From positions 38,192,001 to 38,256,000 of the forward strand of contig NC_043000.1 in NCBI RefSeq assembly GCF_006345805.1: a stretch of 64,000 nt of DNA, read 5' to 3'. This stretch comes from Octopus sinensis. Lineage: Eukaryota. Each line of letters begins with the position of its first letter. Positions within the stretch are counted from its first letter, which is position 1. Made by a program: the position numbers and the translations under genes. A model generated the notes under the pieces. That model was not told the DNA's origin. It made no database searches and worked only from the letters and a program-made list of their open reading frames with translations. This document shows, piece by piece, positions 1 through 12,452 of the stretch.

Positions 1-118
1 AAGATAGGGAGAGAAAGAGAGAGAGAGAGAGCGGGAAAGAGAGATAGTGAGAGGGAGAGGGAGAGAGAGAAAGAGAGAGAGAGGGAGAGGGAGAGGGAGA
101 GAGAGAAAGAGCGCGAGT
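1..118. repeat. (GA)n purine microsatellite
   Basis: Direct GA/GGA repeats. Confidence 0.95.
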
Positions 119-239
119 AACAGGATGATGTGTAGGGTTAAGGGAATGAAGTGAGAGAAAAGAAAGAGATGGCGAGTGTAAGGATGAGAGAGATAAGTGC
201 GATGAGGAGCGTGGGTGGGTGGGTGGCGTGAGTGAGCGT

Positions 240-267
240 GAGATGACTACAGTAATGTATATGTACA

Positions 268-310
<43 letters not shown>

Positions 311-1151
311 TTATATACAGAGAGAGAGAGAGAGAAATAAATACACGAAGAAAAAATAGAGCGAAGAGAAAAAAGTCACTAAAGATTAAGGAGAATATGA
401 AATTGATTTGTATACACACCACACACACACACACGCGCGCACACACACACACATACAGACACACACACACATCCAAACATACAAACACATCCTCGCACAC
501 GCACATACTAAATTAAGCAAAAACCATTCTCCCTTTATTTTAACAAACATGTCCACACGTACGGATGTGCAGACGAATGCATATAAAGACAATTCCACTC
601 TCACATAGGCTCACACACCGACACACACACATATACCTATACATTCTTACAAGAACATACACACACATACACACCCAATACATATGGATGTGGAAGAGAT
701 AATTTGGGAATTGTCGACGATTCTTATGTCCAAAAATGGTGGAAAGAAAAAAACGACAAAAAGAGAAACAGATACAAAGAGAAGACGAGAGGAGAAACGA
801 GTCGCAGCACATTGTAAAGATGGGCAGAGCTGACAGGTTGAGGAGGAATATTAGAAGAAGAATATATGCGTGTGTGTGCGCGCGCGTGTGTGTGTGTGTG
901 TATGTGTATGCGTGTGTTACGTGTGTGTGTGTGTGTGTGTGTAAACATAGATACTTACATACAAATACACTCATATATATATGTATATAGATGCAAACAT
1001 TCATATGTATGTGTATATGTATCTATCTATCTTCTAGGTATGTATGTATGCATGTATGTATGTATATATAGATACATACATATATATATAATATATACAT
1101 ATATATGTCATATATATTTATTTATATCGTATAATATATTTATACATATAT

Positions 1152-1182
<31 letters not shown>

Positions 1183-1556
1183 ACTTATATAGAGAGACAC
1201 ACACACACACATATATATATAGTTAGAGAGAGGGAGAGAGAGAAAGAGAGAGAGAGAGAAAGAGAGAGAGAGAAAGAGAAAGAGAGTAATCGGAGAAGGA
1301 TATTTATGAAAATAACATGTAAAAAGGAATATATAGAAATATGGCAAAAAAAAACGAGGCTGGATATCTGGGCATAAACTTACGCTGCCCACCTCCCTTC
1401 CTGAAACCTACACACACACACTCACACACTCACACATACACACACACGCACACACACATACACACACATACATATGCACGCATATGTTAGAGATATACAT
1501 ACATAAATATGCATATAATCATGAACATACATGTGTGGGTGTGGGTGTGTAAGTGA

Positions 1557-1592
<36 letters not shown>

Positions 1593-1866
1593 ATTAGTGT
1601 GTGCGCGTACAGATAAATATACGCACAGAAATCATATACTTAGATGTCTACATTATCCATCCCTCCGTGCATAGACACATACACACACGCATACATACAC
1701 ACGCATACAACAACGACACAGACATATATACATACAATACATCTTTTAAAGCTAGCCATTCACACATACATACCATATTATGATATTTATTTATATATAT
1801 ATATATATAATATATATTTATATTATATATACATACATATATATATATACATACATATATATATAA

Positions 1867-1921
<55 letters not shown>

Positions 1922-2631
1922 CTCGATATATATATATATATATATATATTTATGGATAAATGCATTCGTACGTGTGTATAAGCATATAAATATTTACAAA
2001 TTCACATATACAATTTGATATTCACATTCAGATATATACACACACACGCACACACACACACACAATCAAGCAAATATACACGCACACGTATACACCCCCA
2101 AAAACCATACTAGTAAAAAAAACACTTAAACCAACAAAAATATCCCCCACCATACACACACACACACATAAAACATAAAAAAAAAACACGGAACAAAAAT
2201 ACAGAGAAAAATACAGCATAACCAGCTTCGTGTAAGTAAAATCTGCTTGTTTTGGCTGTCCAAACGGCACATCTTCTAGCATATTTCCTTCCCCTAAAGG
2301 CCTCCAAACGACACCAGAGAGGAAACAGGCATTGATTTAACTAATATGAAACTAAAAGCTGTTCTTGCCTGCCCGTACAACAAGCACTTTACAATATCTG
2401 CTTCCTGGAAAGGTCCCAGATGACAGCAGAAATGGAACAGAGCAGGCATTGATTTAACGAACAGGGTTTTTCAATTTTTATGCATTTTATTTGTCAATTT
2501 CTCCCTGTAAACACAGATTTTTTTCTGTTTTTCATATATGTCGTATTTATTTTTGCATGTATTCTGCTTATGGAATAGATTTTTTGCTTTTTCCTTCCAT
2601 AACAAACAAACCACACACATATGTATGTATA

Positions 2632-2692
<61 letters not shown>

Positions 2693-2762
2693 TAATACAT
2701 ATATATATATATATCTATATATATATATATATATATACTATATACATATATATATATGTGTG

Positions 2763-2807
<45 letters not shown>

Positions 2808-2912
2808 TACACATATGAATATATGTATGTATGTGATTCTTTATCATGCCATTTAAGAATTAGTTCTTTTTGAATGTCACGCACACCTTTAAACACATAC
2901 AAACGCAGGCAT

Positions 2913-2952
<40 letters not shown>

Positions 2953-3443
2953 GTATATACACACACATATATATATGTATACACACACACATAGACACAC
3001 ACACACACACACATATATATATCTATCATCTATATATATATATATATATATATATAGATATACACACAACACACTCGTATTTATGTATATATTTCTGCAC
3101 ATACATTTGTATATGTGTATAATTCTCCATTTTTACATATATTCAAAGAATAATAGACACTTAAAGGCAAATATTTTGCATAAGAAAACACGTACTTGTA
3201 ACGTCAAAAACGTATGCACACAGCCATGCACAAACACACACGCACGCACACAAGCAGACACACACAAATATATAGATACATATACATAAATTTACACTTA
3301 CGTACACAGACACATATATATTCATACATATATGTTCATATATATATATATATATATTTATAAATTCAACCTTTAAAGTAATTTTGATATGCTGGCCATT
3401 GATAAATTCTTTTTTCGAAAAAAATGTTATCCTACATTAGTTG

Positions 3444-3542
<99 letters not shown>

Positions 3543-3580
3543 GTGTGTGTGTGTGTGTATGTGTGTGTGTGTGTGCACAT
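240..3580. repeat. Dense block of (GT)n/(CA)n/(TA)n/(TACA)n/(GA)n microsatellites with short unique spacers
   Basis: Seen directly; explains the IY/HT/VC ORFs in the track. Confidence 0.95.
2225..2458. repeat. Diverged ~117-bp tandem duplication
   Basis: CAGGCATTGATTTAAC at 2326-2341 and 2443-2458; upstream parts of the two units also align loosely. Confidence 0.5.
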
Positions 3581-3955
3581 CGTGGCACTCCGTCGAATAC
3601 GACGACGGGAGTTCCAGTTGATCCGGCTAACGGAACAGACTGCTCATGAAACTAACGCGGAAGTGGCTGAGCACTCCACAGACCTGTGTACCCTTAAAGT
3701 AGTTCTCGGGGAGATTCAGCATGACACAGAGTGTGACAAGGCTGGCCCTTTTGAAATAAAGGTACAAGAGAAACAAGAATAAGGAGTGAGAGAAAGTTGT
3801 GGTGAAAGAGTACAGCAGGGTTCGTTACCACCCCCTGCTGGAGCATCGTGGAGCTTTTAGATGTTTTCGTTCAATGAACACTCACAGCGCCCGGTCTGGG
3901 AATCGAAACCGCGATCATACAACCGCGAGTCCGCTACCCTAACCACTGGATCATT
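3580..3955 (-). mobile_element. tRNA-derived SINE, family E
   Basis: Minus-strand head TGGTTAGGGTAGCGG (A box) and GGTTTCGATTCCC (B box); body shared with 28525-28905 and 51335-51690. Confidence 0.8.
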
Positions 3956-4129
3956 TCGATTCCATACATGTACATATATACATGTACATATATATACATG
4001 TACATATATATATTGGCATGCACGCTTAGCCAGCGGGGTGGCGTCATTTGAAGGCGTATTATGACCAGCGATGTGTAGCAACATCTGATAGCCTGGTCGG
4101 TCACGTGATCACGTGATATATGTATATAT

Positions 4130-4545
4130 ATTCTTTAATTCTTTTACTTGTTTCAGTCATCTCACTGCGGCCATGCTAGAGCATCAGCTTTAGGCGAACG
4201 AATCAACTCCAGGACTTGTTCTTTGTAAGCCCAGCACTTATTCTATTGGTCTATTTTATCGAACCACTAAGATACGGGGTCGTAAACACACCAACATCGG
4301 TTGTAAAGCGATGGTGAGGTGACAAAACACACACACAGACACACACACTCACACACACACACACACACGCGCGCGCGCGCACACACACATATATACGACG
4401 AGCTTCTTTCAGTTTCTGTCTACCAAATTCACCCACAAGGCTTTAGTCTGCCTCAGGCTATAGTAGAAGACAGGTGCCACGTATCGGAACTGAACCCGGA
4501 ACCGTGTGGTTTGGAAGCAAGCTTCTTACCACAAAGTCACGCCTA
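4130..4545 (-). mobile_element. SINE family A (tRNA head, CORE-like segment, internal microsatellite, CR1-type tail)
   Basis: Head GGCGTG(G)CT..GTGGTAAGAAGCTTGCTTCC..GGTTCCGGGTTCAG; tail AGCATGGCCGCAG..CTGAAACAAGTAAAAGAA; many copies in window. Confidence 0.85.
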
Positions 4546-4561
4546 ACTTGTGATTTTTCTC

Positions 4562-4600
4562 ACACTGAGGACGGGTAACCATCCAGAAACCTAGGTCTGT
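4562..4600 (+). ncRNA. Minimal type I hammerhead ribozyme motif
   Basis: ACA-CTGAGGA-c-GGGT(aacc)ATCC-a-GAAAC-CTAG-GTC-TGT: stem I ACA/TGT, palindromic stem III ACCTAGGT, GUC cleavage triplet. Confidence 0.7.
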
Positions 4601-4860
4601 TAGTATCACGTAAGGCTAGAGATGGGAGCGATGACCTCCCTTGCAAGTGTTGTATGGCCACAGAGTGTGTGTCGATAGCCAGCTGGAAAAGATGTTTTCC
4701 TGGGGCTAAAACAACAGTAACATCGTCCTTTATATGACTGCTCCATTCTGTTGGCAAATAACCTTTACGATTCGGTACTGTTACTCTGTATCTCTCGCTT
4801 AGAGATCTAAAACTAATTCTTTTCTTCTATACAAGATCAGCGACTGTGTGCTGATGAAAA

Positions 4861-4898
4861 GAGGCGCAGCAGTGGCCGTGTGGTAAGATGCTTGCATC
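4861..4898 (+). mobile_element. Truncated family-A SINE tRNA head (A box only)
   Basis: GAGGCGCAGCAGTGGCCGTGTGGTAAGATGCTTGCATC resembles family A heads, then switches to unrelated sequence. Confidence 0.55.
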
Positions 4899-5005
4899 AG
4901 GTTACCCAGGCTTCATTTGGTTTGTTTGTTTTGAGCGAGATGGACGTGTCTTTTGGCTGTGCGTGTTTTGTTTTTTTTTTGCTGTGCGACGTTTTCCCTC
5001 TTGTG

Positions 5006-6212
5006 ATGGATGGGCGTCGGGCGAGAAGTTGGGAAAAGTTGAGGTGTTCTTCCCTAGAATGTGATTCACCTGAGGAAGAATTGGTTGAGTACTTGAACAA
5101 GATGGACAGGGAAATGGAGAAGAATTAGGCGGTGAGAGAAGAAAAAAATTGAAGAAATAAACCTGGAGGAGCTGAGCAAGTTCCAAGAAATACTCATAAG
5201 GGTGGGTGGGGGAAACTATGTGAAAGTGTTCCCCCGCCGCCGCCTCGCCAAAGATGTGTTAAAGGAGAAAAATGAGAAAACTATAATTTATAGAACATAC
5301 TCGATAGCAACCAGGAAGATTGACGTCATGTCAACGGCTCAAATGGACAAGGCGCTCACACCAACCTGGCAGGGAATTACCTACCTCACCAAAGGTAGAA
5401 AATTTAGAACAGTGGAGGTGCGGTTTCGGGAGGTAGCTATCGCCAGGCTGCACTCGGCAACACTGTTGAGAACTGATGAAGTGGTTCTGTCACCCGTATA
5501 CCTGGGGGGGGGGGTGCTTCCAGGTTTAGGGTAGAGAAAATACCCGCTGAAGTGAATGTAGCCTGGCTGGTAGCTGCCATACTGCTAGGCATGGAGGAGG
5601 AGTTGTTTGTCCTCCAGTCCACCAAAACACCCCACAGGGACTGGCAAGGACAAAGCTTGATATGGTGGTGCAAGTTGCCGAAGAAGATATTGAAAGATGG
5701 TCGAGAGCATCCCAGTCGGAGAGGCAACATTGAAAGTCGGAGTGGAAGGGAGGATTATGCGGTGCTATAAATGTGGCCTAAAAGGCCACGTTGGAGCAGA
5801 TTGTTCTCCCCCACTTGAGAAGGCTGAAGACAGACAAGAGAATGAGAATGTGGCTGGTGCTCCACTATTCGTGGAGGTTGAAGAAAAGGAGAGTGAAGCG
5901 GCAACACAGATAAAGCCCAGTACTTGCGTTGAAGAAGAGATAGACAACGAATGGGAAACAGCTGGGAAAAAGAGAAGAGGGGAAAAAGGGACACGCTGTA
6001 AAGGGCGTCTCCCTTTCCACCCCCACCTAGCTCCCACACACATCAGCTCTACCCCAACTTTACCTGCTGACACCAGCCCTCTCCATACCCAATCTGACAT
6101 AAACACAAGCGTAAACATACAGGAGCCTCCAATTTCTCCACCCTCGCCCTTGAAAAAATGTGTTATAGTGTACAGTGGAGACAATGAAGAAGTGTATAAC
6201 GAAATCGATTAG
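5006..6212 (+). mobile_element. Tx1/L1-clade LINE ORF1 (gag-like) remnant, frameshifted, no ORF2
   Basis: Stitched frames give ...RVEKIPAEV..WL.AAI...VEGRIMRCYKCGLKGHVGADC (CCHC knuckle) followed by an acidic/Pro-rich tail. Confidence 0.7.
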
Positions 6213-6530
6213 ATCGATCACAATACACAACTGATACTTAATTTATCGACCCCGAAAGGATGACAGGCAAAGTCGACCTCGACAGAATTTGAACCCAGAA
6301 CGTAAAGACAGACAAATACCTAAACACAGAGGGGACAAACAAGGACAGACAAACGGATTAAGTCAATTACATTGATCCCAGTGTGTAATTGGTACTTGAT
6401 TTATCGACCCCAAAAGGATGAAAGGCAAAGTCAACCTCGGCGGAATTTGAACTCAGAACGTAACGGCAGACGAAATATCGCTAAGCATTTAGCCCGGCAT
6501 GCTAACGGTTCTGCCAGCTCGCCGCCTTAG
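6213..6530 (-). mobile_element. SINE family C (MetaSINE-like), two modules
   Basis: Head GGCGGCGAGCTGGCAG..TTAGCA, B box GAGTTCAAATTCC, domain GTCGACTTTGCCTTTCATCCTTTCGGGGTCGATAAATTAAGTACCA. Confidence 0.8.
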
Positions 6531-6824
6531 GCCAAAGCTAAAATGTATATGAACCACTGCAATAGCAAGTACGCCACCTAAAACAGTAATACTATACAAG
6601 CCCAGGTGCATCCAGAAAATCATCTAGGTACTCTGTAATCTTGAGGTCCGAATTTCAATTTCGTAACATTCTTCTTGACCCACTTTCCATAACGGCTCAA
6701 ATACAAGGGGGCCATCTAACATTTTTCACTCGAATACCTCGAATATTGTGGGAACTTTACTTTTATTTTAATATTACCTAATTTTAGAATCCAAACTTTA
6801 TTTTCTTACTCTGTTTTATATTCA

Positions 6825-7045
6825 GGTATAATCTTTCCTACTCTAGGCACAAGGCCCGAAATTTGGGGGGAGGGCGCCAGTTTATTAGATCGTCACCAGT
6901 ACGAAACTGCTACTTAATTTATCGACCTCGAAAGGATGAAAGGCAAAGTCGACCTCGGCGGAATTTGAACTCAGAACGTAAAGACAGACGAAATACTGCT
7001 GAGCATTTCGTCCGGCGTGCTAACGTTTCTGCCAGCTCGCCGCCT
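6825..7045 (-). mobile_element. SINE family C
   Basis: Same head and domain; tail GGGCCTTGTGCCTAGAGTAG. Confidence 0.8.
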
Positions 7046-7504
7046 TATATATTCGAGTATAATGCTGCGCCCACGCAGTTTTTTTGTAGCAAATATCTCA
7101 CATCATACACCAGTAAATTCGGTTTTCAAGTTTTTAATTTTGTGAATTCAGAGGAAACTATACGATGAGGACTGAAACTTTAGCGACATCAGCTTTTCTC
7201 CCAAAAGACACAGAGAAGGACGACGCACACCAACAGAATCTCTAAAATTAATGAATATTTTATTAGCATGTAGAGCAGCAATCGATGTCTCCAGTGGCGA
7301 AAGCCTACACAGGAAGCCAGTGGCCTTGCAATAACAACACCAACGATAATTATTAATAATTTCAACATTATCAAACACCTCTAGTCTTAGCAACAACAAT
7401 AAACATTATAATGAGTTAGCGAAGAAGTCTCTACGTCCTTGTTGCCTGGCCGCATTGAAATTCCAACCAAATCTTCCTTAAATATTACACTATCATCTCA
7501 AAAA

Positions 7505-7703
7505 TCTTTAATCTTTTACTACTTTCAGTCATTAGAGTACGGACATTCTGGGGCATAAGCCTGGAAAAATATTAGTCAAACCTATTGTCCCCATTACGGA
7601 ATTTTTTTTAAAGCTTCGTGCTTATTTTATCGGTTTCTTATGTCGTACCGCGACATTACAGAAACCTGAATACACCAGCACCAGCAGTGATGAGGGAGAA
7701 ATA

Positions 7704-7759
<56 letters not shown>

Positions 7760-7920
7760 ACACACAACACACATAGTACAGGTTTCGTTCAGTTTCCGTC
7801 GACCAGTTCCTCTCACTTTAGTCGGGCCAAGGCTATAGCAGAAGGTACCACGCAGTGAGACTGAACCTGGAACCATGTGGTTGGAGAAACAAGCTTTTTA
7901 TCACTCAGCCACGCATGCAC
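7505..7920 (-). mobile_element. SINE family A, diverged
   Basis: Head at ~7915; tail remnants near 7520-7560. Confidence 0.65.
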
Positions 7921-8329
7921 CTATATGTGTACGTGTACGTGTGTGTGTGTGTCTGTTTTTGTTTTTGTTTTTTTTTCCCTAGCAACTTTTGACGACCGGT
8001 GTTATTTGTTTGCGTTTCCGTATTTTAGTGGTTCGGCAAAAAGAGATCGGCAGAATAAGTAGATTTAAAATTAAATGCTGGGGCTTATTTGGCTGATGAA
8101 ACCGTCCAACGGATTGCTCCAGTATGGCTGCTGTCCAATGACAAAAAGAACAAATAAAAGATAAAAGATAGTGTCTTAGGAAAGAATGGTTTGGTGTGAT
8201 TTGTATTCTTAAATAGGCAATGTTGTGGAGAAGACACGGTTGGGTTGGGTATGATAAGAACATATTTGATTATAGATTACCCAGGGTTAAAGAACAACAA
8301 CAACAACACTTGTATTTGGCCCAAACCTA

Positions 8330-8640
8330 GCATTCCGTCGGTTGCAACGAGGAATATTCCAGCTGATCTGATCAACGGAACATCCTGCTCATGAAATTGG
8401 CACGCAAGTGGCTGAGTATTCCACAGAAATGCGTATTCTTAACGTTGTTCTCGGGGATGAATCAGTGTGACACAGAATGCGACGAAAATCTGAGCCTTTG
8501 AAAATGCAGGCACTGCTCAGTTTTGTCAGCTGTGTAAACTGAAACAACGTGAAATGAAGTGCCTTGCTAAAGGTCACATCATGCCGCCGGGAATCGAACA
8601 CACGATCGTGAGCAGAACACCCAACCACTAAGCCACGCGC
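8330..8640 (-). mobile_element. tRNA-derived CORE-like SINE, family D
   Basis: Minus-strand head TAGTGGTTGGG..GTTCGATTCCCGG; body shared with 12625, 26325 and 50955 copies. Confidence 0.75.
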
Positions 8641-8679
8641 CTACACTATCGCGCCTAATGTGAACAACAAATAATGGAT

Positions 8680-9370
8680 TCCAATTTTGCTTTAAGGGCG
8701 GCCATTTTGAGGAAGGGAATGAGTCGATTACATCGACCCCAGTGTTTCGCTGGTACTTAATTTATTGAATCCGAAAGGATGAAAGGCAAAGTCAACCACG
8801 GTGGAATTTGAACTCAGAACGTAAAGACATCCAAAATGTCGCCAAGCATTCTGCTCGGCGTTCTAACATTTCTGCCAGTTCCTCACCTTCGGTACAACAA
8901 AGGATTCTTTCTACTCTAGGCACAAGGCTTTGAACATCTTGTGGGGAAGGAGGTTAGTCGATTACATCGACCCCCCCCCCCAGTACGTAATTGGTACTTA
9001 TTTCATCGACCCCGAAAGGATGAAAGATGAAGTCAACCTCGGCGGAATTTGAACTCGGAACGTAGCAATGGGCGAAATAACGCTACACATTTCATCCGGC
9101 GTGCTAACATGTCTGCCAGCTCGCCGCCGTCTCAACAACAAATGACCTTTTCTATCTAGGCACAAGAGCCGAAATTTGGAGGGAGGGAGGGAGGCCCAGT
9201 CGATTAGATCGACCCCAATACGCAACTTGTACTTAAACTATCAACCCCGAAAACATGGGAGGCAGAGTCGACCTCGGCGGAATTTGAACTTAGAACGAAC
9301 GTAAAGACAGACGAAATACGACTAAGTATTTCACCCGGCGTGTTAGTGTTTTTTGCCAGCTCGCCGCCCT
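8680..9370 (-). mobile_element. Three adjacent family C SINE copies
   Basis: Heads near 9370, 9130 and 8885, each followed by the Meta-like domain and GCCTTGTGCCTAG tail. Confidence 0.8.
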
Positions 9371-9405
9371 CTGCACAACAAAGAATGCCATAAAACTCAT
9401 TAGTA

Positions 9406-9448
<43 letters not shown>

Positions 9449-9449
9449 T

Positions 9450-9675
9450 ATTTAATCTCCACCGGGGCCCATATAGCCCTAGGCGGTCCATATAATATTC
9501 TATATTATATATATCTGCAATACCCAAAAATGTTTTAAGAATTATTTTTATACAAATTCCTGATAATATTTGATTATAAAAATTATGGCACTGATATTTA
9601 GACATCGAATGAGGGTTTACCCGTGTTAAATAGGAACCAAAGGGGTCCCTAAGCAAAACAAAAAAGGGTTGAGTG
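9450..9675. mobile_element. Degenerate hAT-like MITE
   Basis: Left CTCCACC..GGTCCAT; right GGGGTCCCTAAGCAAAA..GGTTGAG resembles hAT MITE ends; no TSD resolved. Confidence 0.3.
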
Positions 9676-10149
9676 CAACAACTGTACCAAGATCTTAGAA
9701 AAGATACACTTTGGACAGACGAATGGCGTAGACCTGGTTTCCCTACATACTGGAAAATAGGCGAGATGGTCATGGCTGGAACGGAGCAAAAACAGCAACG
9801 ACTAATGTTGAAGAACAAAGTAGACCAAGAACTTCAAGCAGTGGTAGTAGTAGTAGTAAGAACTGGTAAAGAGAGGCAGAGGGAGGAGGGCCTCGCGGAG
9901 TGGGAGGGCGAGATAGTAATAACATTGCTACCGCTTACCACCACAGTGGTAGGGTGAGAAGAAGTAGGCGGAAGAAGGGGAGGAGGAGGAAGAAAGAGGC
10001 GGCAGTAAATAACATTTGCTACTTTTTACAAGTTGTTACCAAACGTGACCTGGATAACAAATGTGTCATTAAGTCACACACACACACACACACACACGCA
10101 CACACACACACACACACGCGCGCGCACACACACACACACTGTTTTAGTA

Positions 10150-10246
10150 TGGACGATGTTGACGATGACAATGATGGTGGTGGTAGTGATGGTGGCAACG
10201 AAATGAACACGACGATGATGAGGATGATGAATAAACAACGTCGTTC

Positions 10247-10278
<32 letters not shown>

Positions 10279-10375
10279 GGTGGTGGTGGTTGTTGGTACC
10301 AGTGATGAGTGGTAGTGATGGTGGCAACGAAATGAACACGACGATGATGAGGATGATGAATAAACAACGTCGTTC

Positions 10376-10407
<32 letters not shown>

Positions 10408-10680
10408 GGTGGTGGTGGTTGTTGGTACCAGTGATGATCGTGATAATGATGATGGTGATGATGCTGACGATGGTGATGGTGGTTATTATAATGGTGATGG
10501 TTATTGTGTGTAGTGATGGTGGTGGTGACGACGACAATGATGACGACGATGATGATGAATGTTGATAATGCTGTTTTGTCATCAGGTAACATGATGACGA
10601 CGATGATGATGATGATTGCTAATGACGACGGCAATGATGACGATGACGACGATGAAAAAAGTAGTGTTAGTAACGATGTT
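10150..10680. repeat. (GAT)n/(GGT)n region containing a near-exact 120-bp tandem duplication
   Basis: GGTAGTGATGGTGGCAACGAAATGAACACG at ~10192 and ~10312. Confidence 0.9.
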
Positions 10681-10789
10681 TTCCAATAGCAAAGATACTG
10701 GAACTGGTGTCGCTATTGTGGTAAATGGAAAAATACAAAACAGCAGCGCAGCTCAGACAATCTCTAAATCGCACACTAAATATATATAT

Positions 10790-11440
10790 TCTTTTATTCT
10801 GTTATTCCTTTACACGTTTCAGTCATTTATTTGACTGCGAGCATGATGGAGTATTTATTGCCATTCAGGGATTCCTTTTTTTTTTGGGGGGGGGGGGCGC
10901 AGAAATCGACCCCACCCACAACTTATTTCTTTGTAAGCCCGGTACTTATTCCGTCAGTTTATTTTTGCCGAACCACTATGTTAATAGGGACGTAAAAACA
11001 CTACCTATTTCTTTACAACCCACAAGGGGCTATACACAGAGGGGACAAACAAGGACAGACAAACGGATTAAGTCGATTATATCGACCCCAGTACGCAAAT
11101 GGTACTTAATTTATCGACCCCGAAAGGATGAAAGGCAAAGTCGATCTCGGCGGAATTCGAACTCAGAACGTAATGGCAGACGAAATACTGCTAAGCATTT
11201 GGTCCGGCGTGCTAACGATTCTGCCAGCTCGCCGCCTTAAAAACACTACCATCGGTCTTCAAGCGATGGTGGGTTGGAGTACAAACACAGACGCAAGAAC
11301 AAACACTTATACGACGGGCTTCTTTCAGTTTCCCTCCAGCAAACCCGGTCACTTGCCCAACGTGCCACGCAGAGGGACTGAACCCGGAACCATGTGACTG
11401 GGAAGCAAGGTTCTTACCACGCAGCCATGACTGCACCTGT
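10790..11440 (-). mobile_element. SINE family A interrupted by a family C copy
   Basis: Tail half 10790-11005, head half 11238-11440. Confidence 0.75.
11006..11237 (-). mobile_element. Family C SINE with 13-bp TSD
   Basis: TAAAAACACTACC at 10993-11005 and 11238-11250. Confidence 0.85.
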
Positions 11441-11459
11441 GTGCGCGTGTGTGTGTGTG

Positions 11460-11503
<44 letters not shown>

Positions 11504-11506
11504 GAC

Positions 11507-11570
<64 letters not shown>

Positions 11571-11572
11571 TA

Positions 11573-11892
11573 CTTTATTTAAAGCAGCAGAAAATTCAAC
11601 AAACATGTTACTCTGAGTTTCCCGTTGCCGTTCATCGGACAGTTTTTGCTAGAATGGAACCGATATGTCAATTCTATCCAGACTAGTATAAACGCTACAC
11701 CTTAAGCGTTATACTAGTCTGGATAGAATTGACATATCGGTTCCATTCTAGCAAAACTGTCGATGGACGGCAACAGGAAACTCGAGTAACATGTTTGTTG
11801 AATTTCTGCTGCTTTAAATAAAGCATATTACTCTACCACTGTTATTTGAGTACTCTTTTTTCCACCTGTTTCACATTTATGTGTTTACTCCG
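11573..11892 (+). mobile_element. Hairpin (short arm/long arm) hammerhead-bearing Penelope-type non-autonomous insert
   Basis: ~125-bp inverted arms 11573-11696 / 11705-11823 plus extension to 11892; same family as 50112-50362. Confidence 0.7.
11606..11641 (-). ncRNA. Hammerhead motif, CCGATGA core variant
   Basis: TGT-CCGATGA-a-CG(GCAA)CG-g-GAAA-CTC(A)GAG-TA-ACA on minus strand. Confidence 0.55.
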
Positions 11893-11929
11893 TATATATA
11901 TATCACACACCACACACACACCGTATACA

Positions 11930-12404
11930 TACCAATACGTACTAATACATACTAATACATACTAATACATACACCAACCCCATACATACGCACGTCCAGA
12001 CCAATCTTACGCCCTAATACTCTCTCATAACACAACACACCGTTATACATACTAATACATACACCAACCCTATACATACAACACATCCAGACCCCTCCCA
12101 CGCACTTTTAGCTGGTCACTCAACCCTTTTATCAACTCTATTATCTCCCCTTATTTCGCTCTCGCGTCTCATGTTGATCTTTGACTCTGGCCGAAATCAG
12201 ATCGCCATGTTGATTCGTTAGCTACTGCACGCATTTTTTTTCTCTCTTCTTCTGTGTTTTTCTCTCTGTGGTATCTTTCTGTTGAAGAGCGTAGGCTCGA
12301 AACGTTAAAGACTGTTTTAAGTATATTCCTGAGCGCCATACTAATACAATTGTTCGTTTGTCTTCCACCTGCCTTCGTCTTTTGTTTATTTCATAAAGCT
12401 TCCG

Positions 12405-12405
<1 letters not shown>
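11930..12405 (+). mobile_element. Penelope-type LTR-like fragment with degenerate hammerhead at 12274-12311
   Basis: TCTTT-CTGTTGA-a-GAGC(gtag)GCTC-GAAAC-GTT-AAAGA; related copy at 54205-54400 (-). Confidence 0.5.

Positions 12406-12452
<47 letters not shown>

Noticed and set aside
3900-3955. Functional tRNA genes at SINE heads
   Set aside because: A/B boxes run into SINE bodies and no complete cloverleaf with an acceptor stem is seen.
4845-4870. CTGATGA motif
   Set aside because: No stem II/GAAA/UH arrangement follows.
7148-7399. Hydrophobic minus-strand ORFs as a membrane protein
   Set aside because: No recognisable motif or splice support; consistent with chance ORFs in AT-rich DNA.
8085-8115. 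CTGATGAAACCGTC as a hammerhead
   Set aside because: No stem II and no stem I pairing; part of a diverged SINE tail.
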